Assembly: GCA_043228905.1 (NCBI GenBank)
Contig: JBHGNT010000020.1
Coordinates: 62,001 to 126,000 of the forward strand
Direction of reading: 5' to 3'
Length of the DNA: 64,000 nucleotides
DNA from: Azolla caroliniana
Lineage: Eukaryota; Plantae; Polypodiophyta
Under the pieces are notes generated by a model. It ran no database searches and was not told the DNA's origin. It worked only from the letters and a program-made list of their open reading frames with translations. The position numbers and the translations under genes were made by a program. Position 1 is the stretch's first letter; every line of letters starts with the position of its first letter. Below, piece after piece: positions 13,988 to 23,400 of this stretch.

Positions 13988-14399
13988 TGTTGAGCGGCAA
14001 GCTCAACCGGAGCCGGATCGGCTGAATAAGCCGGAGCCGGTAAGCGAGACGGATCGGGCGAAATGGATCGGTATGATGGTGAGCAAACGAACCGGCAAGC
14101 AGTGGAGGCCGGGTGCAATCCGTAACTGGCAGTCCAATCGGAAGCCTAGTATAGGATAGACTACTAGGTAGCTATAGTCTCGTAGTAAGTGTCAGATGCT
14201 CGTGTGAGCAATGAAGTACATGGTACTTCTGTCAGTTCCAAGAGGACTTGTATAAATAGTGCTACTTAGCACAGTGTGTATTGACAGAGCCTTGATATAA
14301 TTTTTGAAATTACGTTCTGCTCTCTCTGTCTCTCTCTCTCTCTTTCTCTCTCTCTCTGTTGTTCTCTGTTTTACGCTTCCGCAAACACTTACGTTTACA
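13988..14399 (+). repeat. 5' LTR of copia A
   Basis: TGTTGAGC...GTTTACA, with TATA (gtataaata) and a (CT)n tract; followed by the tRNA-iMet PBS. Confidence 0.97.
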
Positions 14400-14493
14400 T
14401 GGTATCAGAGCGCGAGGGTTGAGAACCTCTGTTGCAGACATTTACTCTTGAGAAGAAAACCCTAACAGGTCGAAAACAGACATAGTAGAAGAC

Positions 14494-17400
14494 ATGGATA
14501 GAGGCATGGCTACGTCGCTCCCGGTGGAGAAGCTCGACAGGAGCAACTACGCATCCTCGTCTTACAAGATGCACCAGTACCTGCTTGGACACGGGTACTG
14601 GAGTTATGTCGAAGGAGCGAATGATGCGGCGCCAGACTCGGCACACAAGGACTTCCCAGTATGGGAACAGGCGGCAAGCAGGGTGATGTACTGCTTCGCG
14701 TCCAGTGTCGGCGATCAGCTGCTCAGCCACATCTGTGACGCCAAGACACCGAAGGATGCTTGGGGGAACCTGAAAAAGGTTTTCGCCGCAAGCACCACTG
14801 CCCGGAAGCTGCAACTCAGACAGGAGTTGAGCAATGTTCGACAGAAGAACATGTCCGTGGCAGACTACACGGGCTGGATAAAGGAGATCTGCGACTCGCT
14901 CGCCTCTATCAATGTTACCGTAGAGGAAGACGAGATGGTGCAGGTATGTCTCGGAGGCCTGGCGTCCAAGTTCGAAGCGTTCCGGATTGCGGTGTGTACA
15001 AGGGAGAATACCCCCTCATTCTTCGACTTACAATCGATGCTCCATATAGAGGAGAACCACGTCGGTGCATCTACCAGTGCATCCCCGGACAGCTGAATGT
15101 TGTACACGGGAACGGATCAGTTCCGTGGGCGTGGTGGAAGAGGTGGGTCGGCACGCAATGGAGGCGGCCGGCAAGAGCAGGAACGGAGGCACTATGAGCG
15201 TGCCAACAGCAGTTCCGGGACTTCCACAAGCATGGGGAGTCAAGGCGGTGCCGGAGGCCGGCAAGACAAATCTGCTACGGAATGTTGGTACTGTGGCAAA
15301 AAAGGCCACAGGGAAAGCGAGTGCTGGAGAAAGTGTGCCGATTCAGACGAATCCGGATTCGGCAAGACCGGTAAGGATGGTCGGCAAAACTCGCACTACG
15401 CAAACGGATTAGGAGGATCCGGAACCGGAAAGGCCGGTAAGGGGCCAGCCTTGGTGATGAATCACAAGGCAAACTCAATGAAGAAGACCACTTCCAAAAC
15501 GGAGGAAGTGTGGTATGTTGATTCCCGCACATCGAACCACATGACGAGCCACAAAGAGTGGTTCTCCTTTCTGGAGAAACCGGATCAACCAGGAGTAGTC
15601 GAAATCGGAGACGACACTCCTCACCCAATTGTGCACGTCGGAGAAGTCCCTCTAAGCCACGTCGGACAGAAAGGGAAGCTGATGAACGTATTACACGTTC
15701 TGACAATCACGAAGAACCTGGTGTCCGTCGGTCAGATTGTCGACCAGGGGATGCAGGTGCGGTTTACGCACCTCGGGTGCTTCATTGAGGATGAGGGCGA
15801 AGTCATTGCGCAAGGGCGTAGAGACGGGAGGATGTTTATCCTCGACACCAATGACTTTGGCACCGCTATGTTCGCGAAACGACAGAAGGTCGAGTCGGAC
15901 ATCGACCTGTGGCACAAGCGGATAGGCCACGTCAACTACCGGAGGCTTCAAGATCTGCAAACAAAACAAGTCGTTTTCGGTTTGCCGAAGTTCAACGGCC
16001 GGAGAGCTGAAATTTGTGAAGCATGCCAACTTGGGAAGCAACACCGGCTTCCATTCCCCACCGAACGGAACCGGAGCCGTAACAAGCTCGATCTCATCCA
16101 TTTGGATGTGTGGGGACCGGCACAAAGTGTAAGCCTTGGCGGGAGCCGATACTTCGTCTCCTTCATCGACGACTATACTCGGCATACTTGGATCTACCTC
16201 ATTGAGCGGAAGAGCAAAGTCTTCGACTATTTCCGGAGCCTCCAGAAGATGGTGGAACGGGAATCGGAGAGGAAGATCAAATGCCTTCGGTCGGATGGCG
16301 GAAAGGAATATTTTTCCGGCCAATTCACTAGTTATCTGCAGCAGAAGGGAATTCGGCGAGAGTTCAGCTGCAGATACACACCGGAGCAAAACGGTGTGGC
16401 CTAAAGGAAGAACCGGACACTCGTCGAAGCGGCAAGGACAATGCTGGAGGAGAAGAGCATGCCCCGGTTCTACTGGGCGAAGGCGGTCCGGACGGCCGTC
16501 TACATACAAAACCGCATTGGTGACAAGGTGTCAACTCATGAGCTGTATTTTGGGCGCAAGCCGAACTTGAGACACCTTCGGATATTCGGCAGCATAGCGT
16601 ATGTGCATGTGCCGGATCAGAAGCGGAGAAAGCTGGATGCAAAATCGGAAAAATGCATCCTAGTCGGCTATGCTGAAGAGCAAAAGGGGTATAAGTGCTA
16701 TAACCCCCGGACGAAGGAAGTCCGAGTTAGCCAGGATGTCGAATTCGATGAATCGGCATCCTGGTATTCCGTACCCACTCCAACTTCCGATCCCGACCCA
16801 ATGCCGGAAGATCAGGCCAGTGAGCCTGAATCAGCCCTAGCAGAGGATGATGAAGCCGGGACTCAAGATGAGAGTCTGGAATCGTTACGGTTGAGCGGAC
16901 CGAACGAGCGACTGAGTCGGTTGGACCAGTCGGATGAAGAGACAGCAAGTGGTGGAGACTCTGTCGTACTCTCCCCGCGCAAGGAACCGAGGAAACGGTT
17001 CACGCGCAAAGAGAAGGGGAAGAGGAAGATGCCGGAATTCGAAACCGGCATCGATGAGTCGGATCGGTGCGTATCCGACTCCGGAAAGGAGAAAAGCAGA
17101 TCTTCGGCAACGAAGATCGAACTGGCCAAGAAGGGCCTCAAATCAGGTGACGGTGCGTTGCGCCGATCAACCCGTCAGAAGGATCCCGTCGTGCGGTACG
17201 GGTACAATGAATACATGGCGCATCATTATGCGTACATGACTAAGGTGACAGAAGTGCATGAGCCGGAGAGCTACACAGAAGCGGCAAAGGACGCAAATTG
17301 GTGTGCCGCTATGGACGAAGAAATGCGGGCACTCGATGCCAACGAAACTTGGGACCTAGTTGATCCTCCCCGTCACTGTAAACCGATCGGATGCAGGTGG

Positions 17401-19260
17401 GTGTACAAGGTCAAGTACAACGCCGACAGTTCTGTTAACCGGTACAAAGCCCGGCTAGTGGCGAAGGGATACGCGCAGACCCACGGAATCGACTACAACG
17501 AGACCTTCGCTCCTGTGGCGAAGATGACGACGGTTCGTGTGGTACTGGCGGTTGCTGCGGCAAGGGGGTGGCATCTTCACCAGATGGATGTGAAGAACAC
17601 CTTCCTTCAAGGAGAGCTTGAAGAAGAAGTCTTTATGACTCAGCCCCCCGTATTTCACTCAGAGATGAACAAGTCGGCAGTATGCCGACTGAAGAAGTCG
17701 CTTTACGGCTTGAAGCAAGCCCCCCGAGCTTGGAACGCGAAGATCACGCACCGGTTGCGTAAGCTGGGGTTTGCTGTCTCTAAGTCGGACTCTTCGTTGT
17801 TCATCCGGCAAGGCTCTGACGGTCCGGTATGTATACTCTTGTATGTGGATGATTTAGTCATCACTAGACCGGGTCTTCCCGAAATCAACCGCGTCAAGTC
17901 CCAGTTGTCGGACGCATTCGAAATGAAGGACCTGGGGGACCTTCATTATTTTCTTGGGCTCGAAGTGATCCGGACTCACTACGGCATATTGCTCTCACAA
18001 CGACATTACGTGTTGAATATGTTGTATAAGTTCGGCATGACGGATTGCCGACCTGTCTCCACACCCCTGGACCGGAACCAGAAGCTCCGTCCCAACTCCG
18101 GACCGGCTTGCAATGAGAAACAGTACTGACAGGTTGTCGGAAGCTTGATCTACTTAACCATCACCCGACCCGACATCAGCTATCCGGTCGGCATGGTAAG
18201 CCAGTTCATGCAGAAGCCGACCATGGAGCACCTTCAGTGCGCGCAACGAATATTACGGTATGTCAACGGCACTAAGGACCGGGGACTGCTATACTGGCGA
18301 GGTATACCCGAAGAGCTCGTCGGTTACACAGATGCTGACTGGGTCGGCGATGCGTCTGATCGCTGCTCCACTTCCGGATACATGTTCTCCATAGGTAGCG
18401 CGGTCGTTGCGTGGAGCAGCAAGAAGCAGCCCACAGTGGCTTTGTCAAGCATTGAGGCTGAGTACCGGGTCGCTACCATTGCCACTTGTGAAGCCATCTG
18501 GCTTCGGCGACTGCTGCGAGACTTGCGGATCGAGGTACCGACCCCGATCCCGATTTACTGCGATAACATGAGCAGCCTGCAGCTCGCCAGGAACCCTGTG
18601 TTCCATGCTCGCACAAAGCACATCGAGGTGCACTACCACTTCGTGTGTGAGCGGGTCCTGAGCGGTGAAGTTGACCTACGGTATGTTCATACGGATCGGC
18701 AAGTTGCCGACATCTTCACCAAGCCGCTCGGATCGGACAAGTTGCAGCACTTTACCGACATGCTTGGTATTCAGCATCTCGACGTGCCGCACTTGAGGGG
18801 GAGAAGCAAGGGCAAAGTCTCTACCGAAATGGGCAAAGGCCAAAAACCTGTTGAACCCGTCGGTAAGAGGAGAGCAAGAAGAAGAGGAGACAAGAAGCTG
18901 AACGAAGCCGAGTCGACGAAGGAAGTCGACACATCCGAACAGGTCGGAGCAAGCGGCTGTGAAGAAGAGTTGTGCACTCAGGAAGAGAAGCGCATGTTGT
19001 GCGGAGGTCATCACGACGGTACTGACCATGATACAGAGTCGAATGAAGAATTCGATTTCGGTTCACCGGCTGAAGAAGCCGAGGGAAGCATGGAGAAGGC
19101 CAAGACTCGGAAGTGGTCCGATGTGGTGAGAGGCCTGACGCCGGAAGTCGAATCGGAGTGTACCAATTCGGACAAGAGCTGGAACGAGTCGGAGACAGCT
19201 GACTCGGATCAACAGATGGATCCGGATGAGACGGATCGACTGAAGGCCAAGGGGACATGA
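14494..19260 (+). pseudogene. Copia gag-pol polyprotein in a single frame with three premature stops (15094, 16402, 18127)
   Basis: Gag EKLDRSNY, knuckle CWYCGKKGH, protease WYVDS, integrase HLDVWGP/RSDGGKEY, RT YVDDL, RNase H YTDADW and [13 protein letters not shown], then a ~150-aa extension. Confidence 0.95.
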
Positions 19261-19530
19261 ACACAGCGGAATTCGATGCCATCGTGGGAGAACCGACGGA
19301 TCGGCAATCGCCGGAGTCACAGCAACGTGACTGCTGAGATGGGCCTATTGAGCAGACATACCGACCGAGAGGGTCGAGGCGCACAGATCCAAAGGGGTCG
19401 CGGCAAACGGGACCGGACTGGACGAGGAGCGCGAGCAAGGCGGAGTGACGCCAGGAGAAGTCGGTTGGAAGAACCGACTGCCATAGAGGTCGACACTACG
19501 ACCCCACCTCAGGTTGAGCTTGAGGGGGAG

Positions 19531-19861
19531 TGTTGAGCGGCAAGCTCAACCGGAGCCGGATCGGCTGAATAAGCCGGAGCCGGTAAGCAAGACGGATCGA
19601 GCGAAACAGATCGGTATGACGGTGAGCAACCGAACCGGCAAGCAGTGGAGGCCGGGTGCAATCCATAACCGGCAGTCCAATCGGAAGCCTAGTATAGGAT
19701 AGACTACTAGGTAGCTATAGTCTCGTAGTAAGTGTCAGATGCTCGTGTGAGCATTGAAGTACATGGTACTTCTGTCAGTCCCAAGAGGACTTGTATAAAT
19801 AGTGCTACTTAGCACAGTGTGTATTGACAGAGCCTTGATATAATTTTTGAAATTACGTTCT

Positions 19862-19900
<39 letters not shown>

Positions 19901-19942
19901 GTTGTTCTCTGTTTTACGCTTCCGCAAACACTTACGTTTACA
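19531..19942 (+). repeat. 3' LTR of copia A
   Basis: Near-identical to 13988-14399; preceded by PPT, followed by TSD GAAAA. Confidence 0.97.
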
Positions 19943-20094
19943 GAAAAGCTGCAGGAGGAAGTAAGCAAAAAGGAGGTCATCATTACAACGTTATGGGAAT
20001 TAGCACAAAGGAAGGCAGCGTGGTATGAAGAGAAGCTTGCACATGAGCATGAACAAACTGAAGAAAAAATGCAAAATATTGCTCGGGTACAACC

Positions 20095-20605
20095 GAGTAG
20101 TTGAATCACTTCAATGAGAATGACACACAAAAATGGGAAATAGAGGGTGAACGCACATACACACACGAGTCGACAGAGAGTACACAGAATGTTTACGTGG
20201 AAAACCCTAATAGGGAAAAACCATTGGAGCCCACAGACTCCGAACTAACACTATATGAGACAGGTACAATTAGAGACTCGGAGGCAACGACCTTGAGCTC
20301 TGTTTCTTCGCCAAGCGGCAGTTACAATAGAAGTCATTCTGTATCTCTCACTCTGTCACTCGTTCTATACAACAACATAACAACAACATATAAGTGATTT
20401 CCCTAAGTCATATTTATACTTATATGAACTTAGGGCTATTTACAAATATAGCCTCAATAGGCTTACTCAAAACATATTTACAAATATGTCTTCTCTTCCT
20501 GTTCTCACCAGGTCCATTCGATCCGGTTTCCAGATCTCTTCCGGTTCTCACCGGGCCCTCTTCATTCATAATCGGATCCCATCCAGAGGGACCGATTTCC
20601 CAACA
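20095..20605 (-). mobile_element. Solo LTR of the same family as the 5482-5884 copia LTR
   Basis: Starts TGTTGGGAAATCGGTCCCTC on the minus strand; shares ccctaagtcatatttatact and gggctatttacaaatatagc with 5650-5700; imperfect TSD caacc/caaac. Confidence 0.8.
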
Positions 20606-21479
20606 CAAACCCAACAAGTCAAAATACGCCTGAATAATGAAATGGGCCAGCTCGAGGAACTGCACTTGAAGGAGTCCTGGATCTGGGCAAATGAAGACCC
20701 ACTATGAAGAGGTGGCAACGGCCAACAAAAGGAAAATTGAGAATCTGAAGAAGGCTCTGGAGGAGTCGCAAGCCCGCTCCCAAATATAGACGGACCGGAT
20801 CCGCGCACTCCTCCAAACAAAGCAGGAACAGTTTACGACATAGCTACAAGCAGCCTTGGACAAAGGCTGGGCCGGGTGGGCAAAACAAGCGGCCGAAGTC
20901 CACACCTACCGAGAGGATTGGGAAAATCGGTGCAAAGAAGGTAAAGGCTTCTATAAGCTAAATGAAGAGAGCATCACCGCAGTACGAGAAGACCTAATGT
21001 AGGACTATCACGCGTTAGCCGACCGGCACGCAGAGGAGATAGCACAACTGCTGGAAGATTTCGACGAAAGTCAGGAAGATATCTTCCACCGGTTGTGTGC
21101 GATCAGAAGCGAGCATCAAAAGGTGGAGGAATTGAAAAGGGCGGAGGCTATTACCATACAGGACTGCGACTCCACAGAGTAAAACAAGCCTCCAACTAAT
21201 CCTATTGATGCTCCGAAGGTAACAGCCACGCCGGAGGCCCCCATGCAAGAAACAAGCCTGGAAGAGTTTCTGTCTTCTTTGATATTGTATCTCTTGTCTA
21301 TTCCCTGTTATCTCTGTGTGACTGCATAAGTGTAAGCATATAAGGTAGGTACATGGTGCGTAGTTACGTACATGAGGAGCTCGGTTGAATCCGTCTCCTG
21401 TTCACACCCTTAGTAAATTCGCTCTAATAGTATAAGTCACCACGTCAAGCGGGCTACACGTATCCCTACCCCATTGCAC

Positions 21480-22794
21480 CATGATCACCTTGATACCTTC
21501 CTAACCGGCAACACCACAGTAGAAACATAAGTTGTCTCATTGATGTTGTCGTTGTGCACTTGACAACAATCGGGGCCCCACTTTATCCACCTCCACTGGC
21601 GTAGGTGAATAAGCGGTTGGGACTTGATTAGGGACATATGGTAGGGTTGGAGATTGAGAGAAGGAAGAAGGCCATAAAGAAGTCTGCCCAGGCCTTAGTG
21701 CCTAGGTCGTACACTCACTTGACAGAGCTCGAAGAGGCGGTTATCACAACGTACCGCTTGTGTTATCGCTTCGTTCAACAAGGTTGGCTCTGGAAAATTT
21801 AATAATAATTTTTTTATGTCACCTCTCAATCCCTGATGAAATTGATCGTGTAGGGTTTGGTCGCCCCACCCCACATCGTAGGCAAGTTGCCGGAATTTGG
21901 AGGCGTAGGTGGATGCCACACAATTACCTTGCTGTAGGGAATAGATTTTCACGAGCGTAGCTCATCGTCAGTCCGTCTCCTTGAAAGTAGCTTCAAACTC
22001 ACTGAGAAAGGCTTGGAAATCTTCCAAAAGTGGTGATGCCCTTTCCAGCAAGGGAGCGAACCACGCCTCCGTTGGTCCTGTCAGTAGCGAACCCAAGAGA
22101 CCGACCAATTGGGAACTTGTGGCATAACGATGGAGTTGTAGGCGAATGATGAGGCGGATCTAATTAAGTAAGCCGTGTAGTCATGAACGCGTTCCATCAA
22201 ACTTATCGGGAAGGTTGACCTTGGGTTCATAGTAGGGTTCTCGGTATGGTGGTGGTGGCTTGAGTGTGATGGTTGGGGTAACCGAGGATGTGGCAAACTG
22301 AAGCTCAAGTAAAGATTTACGAAGGGTAGCATTCTCGGCTTGGAGTTGTTCCAAAGTTGTGAGTATTTGAGGTAGGCTATCAGTAGGATCATACATGGCT
22401 TTCGATGTGAGGTTAACGGAGAGGGTGGGAGAGTGAAAAGGAAGGTGAACAAATTGTTAAAGACAGAACCAAAACGGAACTACAAGAACTTATTGGCAGG
22501 AGCAAGGACATGATTGGCAAGCACAGAAGAGCGAATATGTATCATTAATTAGTGTTGTTCACCTTGAATTCATTCAAAGTGAACTCAAATATTCATACTA
22601 AGCGACATGCATACCTGTTGCATGTATGTATGCATGCATGTGCCAAGTGTAAATAATACAAGGGAACAATTATGCACATGATTCTAGCTTTAAAATTACA
22701 AGGGGCAATTATACACATGATTGTATACTGGATATGTTGGTTAACACACAACACTCCATTATAATGCAAGAGATCAAGAGTTTGAATCTTAACA
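21480..22794 (-). mobile_element. Truncated chromovirus-type (Tcn1-like) gypsy: 5' LTR 22455-22794 plus degenerate gag
   Basis: LTR has TGTTAA..TTAACA ends. Gag EPKVNLPDKFDGTRS, YASKFRQLA, AITQAVRCDNRLFE and LCFYCG knuckle. No tRNA PBS; self-priming complement instead. Confidence 0.85.
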
Positions 22795-22899
22795 TGATTG
22801 TGGTCATGATTGTGACAAGGACGTGGGTAATATCAATTGAGAATGTTATGCTTGATATGATAAGTGAGACTCACATTTACGGTCGTAATATTGGTGTGC

Positions 22900-23400
22900 T
22901 TTGTGCGAGGGATGGAGACCCCTGTGTTGCTCATTCATCTTGGTGAAATTTAAAGAGAAGATCATCGAATTGAACCACTTGCAAGATTGCTTGCATCAAT
23001 GACGTGGGCTCCTAAAAGTTTAAAAGGCCATTCTTTATGTCACTCTCGAGGCACCAAAGAAAATGGTCACATAGGGCTTGTTTGTCCTAGTTGATGTCTT
23101 CAATTAGTTGCATCAACTTTAAACCATAGAAAGTGGTTGCATGTGAACTTTGTTGTAAAGAGTAGAGTTTGGTGAGTGTCATTTGACATCAATATTTCTC
23201 TCGAATGGGGCCTCCAGAGTAGCAAGGAATTTGGCAAAGTTTTCTAGATGAAGTGATTAGGTCTCGACAAAAGGCACAAACTAGGACTAAGATGGTCCAG
23301 AGAGGAGGCTCCCCATGACACTAGCCTGACAAAATTTGTCAGCATGTAGGTGGGGTTGTTGTCGGATGATAAGATGCACTTGATTTATAAACTCCCGAAG
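22900..23400 (-). mobile_element. Highly decayed gag fragment related to the neighbouring chromovirus
   Basis: Minus reading across stops gives KLYSLQQ..DIKNGLLNF.EPTSLMQAILQVVQFDDLLF, paralleling KIYSLQQ..DIKKLLLNFPEPTLLNEAITQAVRCDNRLF at 21695-21952. Confidence 0.6.

Larger units (their letters stand above)
13988..19942 (+). mobile_element. Full-length Ty1/copia LTR retrotransposon (family A)
   Basis: 412-bp LTRs TG..CA at 13988-14399 and 19531-19942 (about 13 differences counted by eye). TSD GAAAA on both sides; PBS TGGTATCAGAGC at 14400-14411; PPT at 19520-19530. Confidence 0.98.
12420..21250 (+). pseudogene. Broken long coiled-coil ORF, probably a retrotransposon accessory ORF, split by copia A (13988-19942) and a solo LTR (20095-20605)
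   Basis: Consecutive plus-strand ORF pieces (12502, 13125, 13395, 13893, then EKLQEEVSKK.. after 19942) are E/K/Q/L-rich. The reading resumes across the TSD GAAAA (TKEEK-EKLQEE). Confidence 0.55.

Noticed and set aside
15094-15099. Stop followed by in-frame ATG in gag (TGA ATG), mirrored by TAG ATG at ~37961, suggesting programmed readthrough
   Set aside because: The third copy has AAG ATG (~62271), the two stops differ and are simply explained as C>T decay of CGA/CAG, and the site lies before the zinc knuckle.
15691-16509. 272-aa antisense ORF within copia A
   Set aside because: Shadow frame of the GC-rich integrase coding sequence, with no independent domain signal.
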